Positions 48,507 through 58,884 of a stretch of DNA of 64,000 nt are shown here, piece by piece. The notes under the pieces are model-generated. The model saw only the letters and a list, made by a program, of their open reading frames with translations, did not search any database and had not been told where the DNA came from. The position numbers were made by a program, and so were the translations under genes. The DNA is from Ignavibacteriota bacterium (lineage in GTDB: Bacteria; Bacteroidota; Ignavibacteria; Palsa-1295). The stretch covers positions 96,001-160,000 of the forward strand of contig CAWBEI010000006.1 of assembly GCA_963787835.1 (NCBI GenBank). Direction: 5' to 3'. Numbering within the stretch: position 1 is the first letter of the stretch; each line of letters starts with the position of its first letter.

Positions 48507-49940
48507 ATGTCTATCTATAAAACATCTCTCCTGATTGCTATTCTCACCCACTTGCTTTTACTTCCTATTAGAGCGAGTTCCATGGCTGCCAGAGTGACTA
48601 ATTCGCTTTTCTCCGATCACTCTGCAAAACAATTACCTTATCTTGTTCCCGCAATAGATACTCCGGTAACCGATACCACTCTAAATAGCGATACGTTACA
48701 ATTTAACTTGAACGACGGAATCGTTCGTAAACATAATCCCACCCATGTTTATAATGTTTCGGAGATCGAGAACGGACGGCAGGTGCCCTACCTTGAGAAC
48801 TTTTCCATGATGGATTTTAACCGGGTTACTGGATACTATCTTGGTTTAGGGACACCGGGCTCGGTAGATATTGGTCGTCATGATGAGCTTGGGCTGGATG
48901 GAAGCTTCGGATATGGTTTTGCGTCGCGCAGATGGGAATACCGGCTTGGTGGGGAATTCCGATTGCCACTCGCAGATACAAAGTCAATCGAACAAGACAC
49001 CACTTTCAAGCACCACCTGTATTCCCCTCCCACATTAGCGGTGGGCGCTGCATTCCATAATATTACATCAACGGACGATGCCTGGCGAGAAAGCCGTCTT
49101 GAAAACGCCCTTGATGCCTTCTTCGCGCGAGAGGATTTCCGTAACTACTACAAACTTGCAGGCTGGGATGCTTATCTCGCTTTCCGTCCGAGACAAAATA
49201 CGGAATTACGGATCGATTGGCGAAGTGATGATTATCAATCACTCGCTCAAGAAGTTTTCTATGGAAGATTTGGTGGTAATAAGGTACTTCCGCCTAACCC
49301 AACTATTGCAGAGGGGAATATGAATTCCCTTGTTGTCACTGCACAAGATGAACATGTGCGTACTCGTTATAAAAGTACCACCAACATCTTCGGTGATAGT
49401 GTTGAGATCGAGCAATTGAAAGGATGCAGCAGTCTACTACAGGTCGAACTTGGGCACATGCCAGCCTCCGATTTCGGATTTAACCGCTATCTGCTCGATA
49501 CCCGTTCATTCAATCCAATCCTTCATGGTCTGAGCTTCGATGCACGCTTCCGTTTCGAAGCAACTACTGGCGACATGTTACCGCAAAAGATGGAGTATCT
49601 CGGGGGTCCTGGTTCCCTCCCCGCCTTCTATCAATTTGATTTTGCCGGGAACAGGATGCTCCTTCTCAACACAGAAGTCAGGCTCAGTCTCAACATGCTC
49701 TCTTCATTTTTTCATTCGCCGGATTTCAATTTTGTGATCTACAATGACTTTGCAAAAATGGGTTTGGCCAGCGATGGCGAATCGATACTCCAGGGATTTC
49801 AATTCAGTGGTGCTTCCTCCATTCTTTACAATGTAGGTGTAGGGCTTGGGTGGACCAGCGGCATTCAGGTCGGTGCAACCTGGCGCACTGACATTAAAGC
49901 AGATCCACGAGTGATCTTCAGGCTTGAGCGCCCGTTTTAA
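48507..49940 (+). CDS. Outer-membrane beta-barrel protein (Omp85/DUF5686-like)
   Basis: Signal peptide, FNRVTGYYLG, GYGF, LGG.GSL..F, C-terminal Phe. Confidence 0.6.
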   Translation: MSIYKTSLLIAILTHLLLLPIRASSMAARVTNSLFSDHSAKQLPYLVPAIDTPVTDTTLNSDTLQFNLNDGIVRKHNPTHVYNVSEIENGRQVPYLENFSMMDFNRVTGYYLGLGTPGSVDIGRHDELGLDGSFGYGFASRRWEYRLGGEFRLPLADTKSIEQDTTFKHHLYSPPTLAVGAAFHNITSTDDAWRESRLENALDAFFAREDFRNYYKLAGWDAYLAFRPRQNTELRIDWRSDDYQSLAQEVFYGRFGGNKVLPPNPTIAEGNMNSLVVTAQDEHVRTRYKSTTNIFGDSVEIEQLKGCSSLLQVELGHMPASDFGFNRYLLDTRSFNPILHGLSFDARFRFEATTGDMLPQKMEYLGGPGSLPAFYQFDFAGNRMLLLNTEVRLSLNMLSSFFHSPDFNFVIYNDFAKMGLASDGESILQGFQFSGASSILYNVGVGLGWTSGIQVGATWRTDIKADPRVIFRLERPF

Positions 49941-50388
49941 TTCGTTTTTTTTGAAAATATCCCTGCATTAACGATGCACACTCTTCATCCAGCACACCGG
50001 GAACGATGCGAACTCGGTGGTTTAGCCGGGGATCTTCCGGGATATTAAATAACGTTCCGCAAGCTCCAGCCTTAATATCATAGGCTCCGAACACGAGTTG
50101 TGCAATACGTGCGAGCACCATGGCTCCTGCACACATTGCGCACGGCTCGATCGTGACGTAGAGTGTCGTTTCAGTCAGGTACCGTGATTCCAAGGCCGCA
50201 CTTGCAGAAGTAATGGCCATCATCTCGGCATGTGCGGTGGCATCTTTTAATTGCTCGGTTAAATTATGTCCCTTTGCAACGATCTTATCGTCACGAACAA
50301 TAACACACCCAACGGGAACCTCATCAAGCTCGAAGGCTTTATGAGCCTCGGTCAAGGCCTGCCTCATCCAATACTCGTGTGAGAACAA
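49918..50388 (-). CDS. tadA: tRNA adenosine(34) deaminase
   Basis: EVPVG, TAHAEM, TLYVTIEPCAMC, LNH. Confidence 0.93.
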   Translation of the reverse strand: MFSHEYWMRQALTEAHKAFELDEVPVGCVIVRDDKIVAKGHNLTEQLKDATAHAEMMAITSASAALESRYLTETTLYVTIEPCAMCAGAMVLARIAQLVFGAYDIKAGACGTLFNIPEDPRLNHRVRIVPGVLDEECASLMQGYFQKKRIKTGAQA

Positions 50389-50416
50389 TAGCGAATATTT
50401 AAGTTAACTAAAGTAA

Positions 50417-51805
50417 CTATGGCTGGGTCTGCAACCTGGGATTTCCAAGCTTGTCGGCATTCGGCGGGTTTGCCATGAAAGCGGCCTTGCTCATCGCAAC
50501 ACCAAGCACATAGTGTTTATTTTGTATGTAGCGACGAACATAGTCAGCAATATCCTTCTTTGTAACTTTACTCAGATCATCGAGATAGTGTTGATAGTAA
50601 TCCAAACCCGCAGCCGCCCACCAAAAAGCAAGGTCATGGGAAAAGGAGCTTAATTTCTCGCTCTTAAGCAGAGTCTGAGAACGCAGTAAATTTTTGGCTG
50701 TTTCAAGTTCTTCGTCACTGAAATAATCTGTGTCATCGAACTTTGCAACTTGCTGCCAAAATACTTTCATTGTCTGATCGAGGTTTTGCGGAGTGGTAAC
50801 AATATCCGTCTTAATATCTCCTACATAACGCTGCGTATAATACCAGAACGTTAAGCTCTGTGCAAGCCCGCTTTCTGTTAACGATTTGCTAAATTGATGC
50901 TCCGGCTGCGTAATAATATTACTGAACACATCGGCAACATAGGTTCCCTTGTCATTAAGCCCGATGGATGGCCCATGCCAATAGACTTTCACAAATGCAT
51001 GAGGATCGTCGATCGTATCTTGCACATAGAGCGAATGATCGAGCGGCGGAACTCGCTGCGGAGGGTTGGAGGCAAAAGGATCCGGCCCGCGCTGCCATCG
51101 CATAAAATACTTTGGCGCAAGCTTCCGGACATCCTCTGCTTTTACATCACCGGAAACGATGAGGAGGGAATTGTTGGGAAGATAATATTTACCCTTGATA
51201 AAAAGCATCTTCTCACGAGTCGCTGCCAAAATAGCCGGACGTTCACCGAGGGGCTCCTTACGGGACATCCAGGCGCCCCATAATGCGCTATCTTCTTTCC
51301 GAGTGAATTTAAAGTAGGGGCTGGCCTCATCGCGATCGAACTCACCCAGCACGACCTCCTTTTGTTTGTGAAGTTCATCAGGCTTGAACAACGGTGAGGT
51401 GATTGCCGTAGCCATGAAATCAAGGCCTGGTTCAAGATTCTCTTTCGGAAGTGTAAAATAATACTCTACTTGTTCTTCGTGAGTTTCGCCATTATAAACA
51501 ATCCCCAGATCATCAACACGGTTCAGAAAATCATCCTCAGTGGTGTCGCGCGCATTCGAGGTAAAGAACATGTGCTCGTAGAGATGCGAAAGGCCATTGT
51601 ATTCTGGCGGCTCTGTAAATGAACCGTTCTTGACTGCAATCTCGATCGTAACGATAGGGGTAAGATGGTTCTCAACGACGAGAACTTCCAGACCATTATC
51701 CAGTTTGAATCTTGTCCAGGGAGGTAACTGAGCAAAAATTGAAACAGGATGTAATATCAGCAGGAATAGCGCAAACGATCCAATGTGGCGAAATGAGGAT
51801 TTCAT
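50417..51805 (-). CDS. M16 family zinc metallopeptidase (exported)
   Basis: Signal peptide, LDNGL.V, GLSHLYEHM (HxxEH). Confidence 0.88.
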   Translation of the reverse strand: MKSSFRHIGSFALFLLILHPVSIFAQLPPWTRFKLDNGLEVLVVENHLTPIVTIEIAVKNGSFTEPPEYNGLSHLYEHMFFTSNARDTTEDDFLNRVDDLGIVYNGETHEEQVEYYFTLPKENLEPGLDFMATAITSPLFKPDELHKQKEVVLGEFDRDEASPYFKFTRKEDSALWGAWMSRKEPLGERPAILAATREKMLFIKGKYYLPNNSLLIVSGDVKAEDVRKLAPKYFMRWQRGPDPFASNPPQRVPPLDHSLYVQDTIDDPHAFVKVYWHGPSIGLNDKGTYVADVFSNIITQPEHQFSKSLTESGLAQSLTFWYYTQRYVGDIKTDIVTTPQNLDQTMKVFWQQVAKFDDTDYFSDEELETAKNLLRSQTLLKSEKLSSFSHDLAFWWAAAGLDYYQHYLDDLSKVTKKDIADYVRRYIQNKHYVLGVAMSKAAFMANPPNADKLGNPRLQTQP

Positions 51806-51883
51806 ATAGGAATGTTGGTTACGATGAGGCTCGAAAAATGTAACACCCGGCAAATATGAGTGATTCAGTCCGTTTTAATAACT

Positions 51884-53467
51884 CTATTTACGCGAAAAGT
51901 TCACGAGACGAAGCAAAGCAAGATCCTGAAGGTTGCTCGCTTCCCGCACAGGCACTGTGAAATTGTTTCCGATCATTGAAAAAGCAAGTAATTCACCGTC
52001 TCGTGTCTTCAGATACCCCGAAACAGATCGGTCACCAGTAAGAAAGCCCGTTTTTGCATGAACATTTCCTACAGCCGCTGTCCCTTTCATCCGAGAAGCG
52101 AGCGTACCATCGATGCCCATGATGGGCAGCGATGAATAAAAGGCATCGAAAAGCTCTGGCTTCCTATACATCGCGTCAAGTAGGGTTACAATGTTATCAC
52201 TGCTGACAAGATCCATTCGTGATAATCCAGAACCATCGGCGATAAGAACGAACGATGTGTCGATCCCAATAGATGATAAATATCGTTTCATTACCTGAGT
52301 TCCAACAGTCCAACTGCCCTGCCCTCCAATTTCCTTCGCGACGGTTCGGAACAGTTGTTCGGCAATGAGATTATCGGACTGCTTATCCATTATTTTCACG
52401 ATGTCCGATAATGGCGGACTGGTGTAACTTATCAGAACTCGGGCTTTCAAAAATGGATATGGTTTTGTTGATTCTCGCGAAGTCCGGGTTTCGCCCGAAA
52501 CCTGAATTCCATGTTCTTCCAGCGTTTCGCGAAAAAGGGTAGCGGCATATAGTGTCGGATCCTCAACCGATAACTGTTGATTCGTCGCGGTGCAGTGTAA
52601 AGGCATGTCTCCTTTTATTAAGATGGCATTACCACCCATTTCTCTGGTAATATCAATGCCCGAGGTACCGGTTGCAACCACGGAATCCCGAGAATTCGAT
52701 CGTTTAAGCGTAATAGAATCCGCTTTTGTATGGCCATAATTATCCACCGATACGTAATCCGTATTCGGATTGATCTCATAACGAGCTGCTGAACCAACAG
52801 CAGAGCCAGGAGTCACAGTAACAGAAACCTGATCCTCATTGAAGACAAGGGCTGAACTCTGCATCGCAAAATAATATGGAAGATCCTCCACGTTCCACCC
52901 AGCCGGATAATAGTCCGGCGTAAAATAAGAATCATCTCCGATTATTGCCCCTGAGATTCTCCGAATGCCGAGTTGAGCTAGCGAATCAGCCCAGGTATCG
53001 AACAAGGATGGCTGTGTGGAGTCAAGAGCGAAAAGCTCCGAACCGAAGGTGGGATCTCCAGCCCCCCGGATAACAAGGTCGCCTCGGAGTGTGCCGTCCG
53101 AAAGGATGCGTCCTGTGGTCAGCAAATCGGTGGTATAACGAAAAGAAGGGCCGAGTAAGGAAAGTGCTTCGGCGGCAGTAAAAAGTTTGAAGTTCGAAGC
53201 CGGCAAAAGGCTTTTAGAGCCGTTGAATCTATAAAGAATTTTTCCGGTCTCCATCGACTGCACCGTGACTCCCCATAGAGCATTGGAAAAATGAGGATCG
53301 TTGAAAATGCCGGTGAGGTCGTGTACAAGTTCTGCTTCAGCTCCATGATCCGGCGTAAAAGCGGGAGTGGAGATCCCCTGATTACCCTGTGCATATAGAC
53401 AGGCTGCCGTTGAAATCAATATTTCGAATGCCAGAATAATTGTTCGATGAAATGGAATCCCGCGCAC
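51884..53467 (-). CDS. dacB: D-Ala-D-Ala carboxypeptidase/endopeptidase (PBP4, peptidase S13)
   Basis: PASNFK (SxxK), GDPT, SDN, DGSGLSR, AKTG. Confidence 0.92.
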   Translation of the reverse strand: MRGIPFHRTIILAFEILISTAACLYAQGNQGISTPAFTPDHGAEAELVHDLTGIFNDPHFSNALWGVTVQSMETGKILYRFNGSKSLLPASNFKLFTAAEALSLLGPSFRYTTDLLTTGRILSDGTLRGDLVIRGAGDPTFGSELFALDSTQPSLFDTWADSLAQLGIRRISGAIIGDDSYFTPDYYPAGWNVEDLPYYFAMQSSALVFNEDQVSVTVTPGSAVGSAARYEINPNTDYVSVDNYGHTKADSITLKRSNSRDSVVATGTSGIDITREMGGNAILIKGDMPLHCTATNQQLSVEDPTLYAATLFRETLEEHGIQVSGETRTSRESTKPYPFLKARVLISYTSPPLSDIVKIMDKQSDNLIAEQLFRTVAKEIGGQGSWTVGTQVMKRYLSSIGIDTSFVLIADGSGLSRMDLVSSDNIVTLLDAMYRKPELFDAFYSSLPIMGIDGTLASRMKGTAAVGNVHAKTGFLTGDRSVSGYLKTRDGELLAFSMIGNNFTVPVREASNLQDLALLRLVNFSRK

Positions 53468-53514
53468 GATTGTTTGAACGTCTGTTTAGCACCCAAACAA
53501 GCAGAACCACACTT

Positions 53515-54654
53515 ATGGCACACGATATTTTAACCGCTCCCGAAAAAATCTCGAAATCTGAAAAGACAGACTTCTTCCCTATACGCGCCATCGACCATCT
53601 CGAATTCATTGTCGGCAATGCCAAGCAATCGGCATATTATTACCGGTCGGCAATGGGTTTTAAGATTACCGGCTATGCCGGACTCGAAACCGGTGTGCGA
53701 GATCGCGCAAGCTATGTGCTGGAACAAGGCAAGATCCGTTTTATTCTCACAACTCCACTTGTGCCGGACCATCCCTACCAGGATCACCTACGGCAGCATG
53801 GGGACGGCGTGATCGACATCTCGCTGGAAGTTGATGATGTGGAACGCGCCTACTCAGAAACCACAAAACGTGGCGCATCTGGCGTGCGTGAACCTCGGGA
53901 GATCACCGATGAAAATGGAACCTATCGCACTGCTGCCATTCGAACGTATGGCGATACTCTCCACAGCTTTGTCGAGCGGAGAAATTATCGTGCGTTTGCT
54001 CCCCGATTCCGTCCCGTATCATCCGAGGACACGATTGCCCGTCCGGTAGGATTAGCTGCTGTCGATCACATCGTCGGAAATGTGGGATGGAACCAGATGA
54101 ACGAATGGGTGCGGTGGTATGAGGAAGTAATGGGGTTCCACTTATTTGTATCGTTCGATGATAAAGATATTTCTACCGAGTATTCTGCGTTAATGTCCAA
54201 GGTCGTGGCTTCAGGTTCGGAGAAGATAAAATTCCCTATTAATGAACCGGCTACGGGACGCAAGAAATCTCAGATCGAAGAATATATCGAGTGGTACAAT
54301 GGCCCCGGTGTTCAGCATATCGCAATGGCAACGGGTAATATTATCGAGTCTGTCACGAAATTACAGCAGCAGGGAGTCGAGTTCCTTCGCGTACCAAGTT
54401 CCTACTATCGCGAATTACAAGATCGTGTTGGAGCCATCAATGAACCGATCGACGAATTAGAACGCCTTGGGATCTTAGTCGATCGGGATGACGATGGCTA
54501 TATGCTTCAGATCTTCACCAAACCTGCCGAAGATCGCCCTACCCTGTTCTTCGAGATCATCCAGCGCCGAGGGGCTCGATCGTTCGGTAAAGGCAATTTC
54601 AAGGCTCTTTTTGAATCGATCGAACGCGAACAGGATCTGCGCGGGAATTTGTAG
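53515..54654 (+). CDS. hppD: 4-hydroxyphenylpyruvate dioxygenase
   Basis: DHIVGNV, KSQIEEY, GVQHIA, LQIFTKP, FFEIIQR, FGKGNFKALFESIEREQ. Confidence 0.97.
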   Translation: MAHDILTAPEKISKSEKTDFFPIRAIDHLEFIVGNAKQSAYYYRSAMGFKITGYAGLETGVRDRASYVLEQGKIRFILTTPLVPDHPYQDHLRQHGDGVIDISLEVDDVERAYSETTKRGASGVREPREITDENGTYRTAAIRTYGDTLHSFVERRNYRAFAPRFRPVSSEDTIARPVGLAAVDHIVGNVGWNQMNEWVRWYEEVMGFHLFVSFDDKDISTEYSALMSKVVASGSEKIKFPINEPATGRKKSQIEEYIEWYNGPGVQHIAMATGNIIESVTKLQQQGVEFLRVPSSYYRELQDRVGAINEPIDELERLGILVDRDDDGYMLQIFTKPAEDRPTLFFEIIQRRGARSFGKGNFKALFESIEREQDLRGNL

Positions 54655-54656
54655 TA

Positions 54657-55379
54657 TTAATATACGGTACATCCTGCAAGGAGCTTACTGGTCCAATCCG
54701 TACCATCGCACGAAGAATCTTTTACGATCCACCCGATAGCCGGTGCGATCCAGTAATCAGTATTCAAGATCGTGGTATGAGATGTGGAAGGATGTGAGAG
54801 AATGGTTTCAGTTTCCGTTATCACTTCGTGGATCTTGAATGTTCCATAGGTGATGCTATCGGCGTCCGTTATATTTTCTACACCGATATACGAGCGCGTT
54901 GCGTATTTTTGAACCTGAGTTGTATCAAAATAAAGAATCCCGTCAGGCGAGTATGTGGTGTCAGCAATTTGAACGATCGGTGAACCACCTGCTGTCGGAA
55001 ATCTCTGCCAATCGGATGATGAAAATCCCCAGGAGCTGTCAAGAACGGAATAATCTCCATTAGTCTCGAACGAGATGTACTCTCCAGAACTATCAAGTTT
55101 GATTGTATTGGATTTCCCCGCAAAGTATCCGTTGGCACCTACCCAGTAATGGGCATCCTCACTACCCTGGAGATTAAATTCCAAGCTTCCGTGATAGTGC
55201 GTCTCGACGAATAAGCTCCCTACACCCGGCACCTTCCAGGTAAGGCCCTGCGCAGGCTGATGAGGAGGAGTTGCCGGGGGCGGTGAAGAGCTGTTTTGGC
55301 ATCCTCCAAACCCGATCATTTCAAATAAGACTAAGATGGCGAGAACAGCCGCTTTTGAATATGAAGCTTTCATTTTCAT
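54657..55379 (-). CDS. Hypothetical lipoprotein (beta-rich)
   Basis: Lipobox FGGC, Pro-rich linker, C-terminal W.AP.IG.IVK. Confidence 0.65.
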   Translation of the reverse strand: MKMKASYSKAAVLAILVLFEMIGFGGCQNSSSPPPATPPHQPAQGLTWKVPGVGSLFVETHYHGSLEFNLQGSEDAHYWVGANGYFAGKSNTIKLDSSGEYISFETNGDYSVLDSSWGFSSSDWQRFPTAGGSPIVQIADTTYSPDGILYFDTTQVQKYATRSYIGVENITDADSITYGTFKIHEVITETETILSHPSTSHTTILNTDYWIAPAIGWIVKDSSCDGTDWTSKLLAGCTVY

Positions 55380-55627
55380 ACGATTTTGTGGACACGAGAA
55401 GAATACTAAAGGGATAAGACCGATTTTTTCCATGCTGATTAACATGAATAGAACCAATATGTAAAAACTCTAATAGTAACTACCTTCGGATTCAGATTCT
55501 GTTACAGGAATTCATGAAAAATCTGTTATTATTATGATCTTAGTCGAAAATCTCGGTCTAAAACAAGGTGGAATCCGAGGTCGAACTCTTTCAGACCCAA
55601 CATTTGTATTCTATATGACAATTTTAC

Positions 55628-55796
55628 TACGAGGTCTGCCTGGGTGGGTCCCAGGTCCGTCGCGATGCGGTGAAAAAATACCATCGCGCTATGAGCTACC
55701 TACCTCTATGCTCATTGCGATTCGTGATTAAAATACTTAATCAAAACCCTTAAAGCCTAAAGGCACCCTGGATAACATCAGGGTGCCTTTCTTTTG
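55628..55796 (+). ncRNA. Candidate structured non-coding RNA
   Basis: Closing stem plus three hairpins, G-U pairs favouring the + strand, ending at a terminator; no family recognised. Confidence 0.4.
55759..55796. terminator. Rho-independent terminator (likely bidirectional)
   Basis: AAAGGCACCCTG / CAGGGTGCCTTT 12-bp stem plus CTTTT. Confidence 0.8.
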
Positions 55797-55815
55797 CATG
55801 TGCGAATAGTTCTCC

Positions 55816-56409
55816 TCAACCGACGAGCAACGCATCGTCAATGATCGAAGGTTCTATCGGTTGGGATGTAAACCGTTCTATGTGGGTACGAATCGTAGCA
55901 AGATCGAAGAAATGTTTCCCAACCGCATTCCTAAGTTCCCTTGCAACGGTATCTTGCGTAGATGCCACGATCACCCGCTTGCCGTAACTGCGAAGTAACT
56001 CGACAGCCCGTTCGAAATCTCCATCGCCCGTTACCAGCACAGCAGTATCATATTGCGCGATCGTGGTGAAGAGGTCGATCGCAAGTTCAAGATCGAGATT
56101 TGCCTTGCGGGTAAGTTCACCGGAAGCTTCATCTCGAAAGGCTTTGATCGTCTTTACACGAACGGTATATCCGGCATGGTTTAAGTAGCCATAAAAACTT
56201 GTCTCTCGTGGATCGGGCGGCATTTTTTGTGACGCATACCAAAAGGCATCACCAATAGCACATCCTTGTGTAAAAAAATCAAGGAGTTTACGAGGATCGA
56301 AGAACCAACCAAGCGAACGTTGCGCATAATAAGCGTTCTCGCCATCGACAAAAATAGAAATGCGATTTGCTTCTTTTGAATTATCGAGTAATGGATTTTG
56401 TATTTGCAT
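55816..56409 (-). CDS. NYN domain protein (LabA/DUF88, PIN-fold)
   Basis: IFVDGEN, KANLDLELAID, LVTGDGDF, GKRV, F.DL. Confidence 0.88.
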   Translation of the reverse strand: MQIQNPLLDNSKEANRISIFVDGENAYYAQRSLGWFFDPRKLLDFFTQGCAIGDAFWYASQKMPPDPRETSFYGYLNHAGYTVRVKTIKAFRDEASGELTRKANLDLELAIDLFTTIAQYDTAVLVTGDGDFERAVELLRSYGKRVIVASTQDTVARELRNAVGKHFFDLATIRTHIERFTSQPIEPSIIDDALLVG

Positions 56410-56503
56410 TTTGGAGTAAATAATATAAATGATTGAATTTGAGTGATTGATAAAACTTCTAAAAACTACACGTTGGACAACCATTTAAGAAATTGTAACT
56501 TAG

Positions 56504-57607
56504 TCAAAAATTTTTTCCAGTCTCCCGATCGAAAAGATAAATAGCTCGGTCTGGGATGTATAATGTAATAGAATCTCCAAGTTGAACTCCTTCAGGAGAA
56601 GTTCCTGCATGCGGAACACTCGCAACAAACGTCCCGCCAAACGCGTCCTCCCTTTCGATATAATAGTGGGTCACACTCCCGACTGGCTCAATAAGGATCA
56701 ATTTCCCTGTTATAGAGTCAGAGGAATCCGGTACAATTTTCGTAGAAGTAGATTCCGGACGAATTCCGAGATACACGTTCCGCTCTTCCTGTTTCTTTGG
56801 CAATTTGATCTTCAAAACCCCACTGCTTTCCGAAGCAATAAAGAATGAAGAATCCCCTTCATTTACAATCCCCCCCGGAAGAATATTCATCGCCGGCGAA
56901 CCGAGGAACCTCGCCACGAAAACGCTCGCAGGATGTTCATAGATCTCCGAAGGCGTACCAAATTGCTCCAATTCACCCTTGTTCATGACAGCGATCTTAT
57001 CCCCCATAGTCATGGCCTCGACCTGGTCGTGCGTTACATAGAGCATGGTTGCGCCAAGCCGACGCTGAATACGTTTAAGCTCGGCGCGCATCTGGGTTCG
57101 GAGTGCAGCATCGAGATTTGAAAGGGGCTCATCGAAAAGAAATACTTTGGGTCTTCGTACGATCGCCCGGCCAACTGCCACCCGCTGGCGCTCACCGCCT
57201 GAAAGCTCTTTCGGCTTTTTCTTCAGATGTTGATCTATGCCCAATAGCTTCGCCGCATCCTCTACCTGAGTCTTGATCTGTAGTTTTGGCACTTTTCGCA
57301 TTTTGAGCGGGAAGGCCATGTTCTCGAATACCGTCATGTGCGGATAGAGCGCATAGTTTTGAAATACCATTGCCACATCGCGATCTTTCGGCTCTCTGTC
57401 GTTCATGCGCTCTCCATCTATCAAGAGATCACCGGACGTTATTTCCTCGAGACCTGCCACCATACGGAGAGTAGTCGTCTTTCCACATCCCGACGGACCA
57501 ACAAGCACCACAAACTCGCCGTCGCGAGCAGTGAGCGTCACGCCTTTTACAGCGTGCGCTTCATTATCATAGCGTTTTTCGAGATTTAAGAGTTGGACTT
57601 CGGCCAT
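56504..57607 (-). CDS. Sugar ABC transporter ATP-binding protein (MalK/MsmX/UgpC family)
   Basis: [48 protein letters not shown]. Confidence 0.93.
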   Translation of the reverse strand: MAEVQLLNLEKRYDNEAHAVKGVTLTARDGEFVVLVGPSGCGKTTTLRMVAGLEEITSGDLLIDGERMNDREPKDRDVAMVFQNYALYPHMTVFENMAFPLKMRKVPKLQIKTQVEDAAKLLGIDQHLKKKPKELSGGERQRVAVGRAIVRRPKVFLFDEPLSNLDAALRTQMRAELKRIQRRLGATMLYVTHDQVEAMTMGDKIAVMNKGELEQFGTPSEIYEHPASVFVARFLGSPAMNILPGGIVNEGDSSFFIASESSGVLKIKLPKKQEERNVYLGIRPESTSTKIVPDSSDSITGKLILIEPVGSVTHYYIEREDAFGGTFVASVPHAGTSPEGVQLGDSITLYIPDRAIYLFDRETGKNF

Positions 57608-57695
57608 AGGGATATAATACTAAAGTGGAACGGTGAGATTTCCTGACAGGTTCATAATATGTTGTTTTAATATAGACTCAAAATCGATTTTTCCA

Positions 57696-58094
57696 ATGCC
57701 ACAAAAAATTCTCCGACAAACGCGTACGTTCAATGCCTCTGCAAAAGATCTGTATGAAACGATCATGGACTCACGCAAACATTCTAAATTAACCGGTGGT
57801 GCTCCCGCACAGATCAGCAATAAAGTCGGGGGAAAATTTTCCGCTTACGGCGGAGAGCTTGAAGGAGAAATTCTGGAGCTAAAGCCAAACAAGAAGATCG
57901 TACAAACATGGCGAGCGAGTGATTGGCCGGAGGGGCACTATTCGCGAGCCACTTTTTCATTTGCTTCTGCCGGTATAGGAAAGACCAAATTGACCTTTAC
58001 TCAATCCGGCATTCCGCAAGACCAATTTGAAAGCATCAAGAAGGGCTGGATAGATTTTTATTGGGAACCGATGGCTAAGATGCTGGAGAAGTGA
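57696..58094 (+). CDS. SRPBCC/AHSA1 domain protein
   Basis: VGGKFS.YGG, KKIVQTWR, TKLTFTQ, GW..FYW. Confidence 0.85.
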   Translation: MPQKILRQTRTFNASAKDLYETIMDSRKHSKLTGGAPAQISNKVGGKFSAYGGELEGEILELKPNKKIVQTWRASDWPEGHYSRATFSFASAGIGKTKLTFTQSGIPQDQFESIKKGWIDFYWEPMAKMLEK

Positions 58095-58863
58095 CCATCC
58101 CTTTTCCTTTTTCGTGAACATTTGGTTTTCGTAACCAGAGCAGTGCATAATTCGAGAAGAATGGATGTGGGTGCCGTTCAAGAAGATCCGATTTCCATTT
58201 GTGAAGCTGCCGCAATCCGGGAAACCGTTTGTAATAGGCGTGGCCGAAATATCCCCGGTATTCGATGATCTCCCATCCCAAACTCTGGAATCGGCGAATC
58301 GCGGGTCTTCGAGGACCGAAGCACCACCGGTAATAGGCTGGGAATTTTGCTCGGGATCGTCGCCCTTTCGGAGAAAAGAGATAATTGAGTGTCCAGGAAA
58401 TCCTCTCCGGCAAGAACTTATTGATTACGAATGGTATGCTGAACATGGTTGGAAAAAGATGAACTGCATCTCCTCCCGGGGCGAGCAACTTCCAAATATT
58501 GCGATGCATGGCCGCGGGATCTGCAATATGCTCTGCCACCATAACGCTAAAAACAAGATCGAATTGTCCGGCAAGCGTCGGGGTTCCATCACTGCCCAGT
58601 TCGCGAGCTTTGCTTAGATCGCCCGAAATATCGCACTCGATCTTTCGCACATACTGAGGAGCTTGCAAAAGCTCCTCATAGGAAAGTTCAAGGATAGCAT
58701 ACTGGTGTCCATGTTCTTTGATCGCTGATTCAGGGAGGAATGGATGTCTTCCACCACCAACGTCCAGAATGGATAGCTTCCGTGGCTGTTTCAGCAGAGT
58801 TTCTAAACGGTCTCGCAGGTCATCAAAACAGTTGCTGGTCGGCGTCGAATAAGAGATGCGCAT
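58075..58863 (-). CDS. Class I SAM-dependent methyltransferase
   Basis: ILDVGGG, FDLVFS..VAEHI.DP, LLAPGG. Confidence 0.8.
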   Translation of the reverse strand: MRISYSTPTSNCFDDLRDRLETLLKQPRKLSILDVGGGRHPFLPESAIKEHGHQYAILELSYEELLQAPQYVRKIECDISGDLSKARELGSDGTPTLAGQFDLVFSVMVAEHIADPAAMHRNIWKLLAPGGDAVHLFPTMFSIPFVINKFLPERISWTLNYLFSPKGRRSRAKFPAYYRWCFGPRRPAIRRFQSLGWEIIEYRGYFGHAYYKRFPGLRQLHKWKSDLLERHPHPFFSNYALLWLRKPNVHEKGKGMVTSPAS

Positions 58864-58884
58864 GATGACTTCTCGACAGTCGTG

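Noticed and set aside
55480-55505. c-di-AMP (ydaO) riboswitch hinted by CTGAATCCGAAGG on the minus strand
   Set aside because: The downstream conserved GGAGGAACC and GGGG elements are missing
55534-55731. 65-aa ORF over the candidate RNA
   Set aside because: No recognisable protein features; the nested base-pairing is better explained as RNA structure, though coding cannot be excluded
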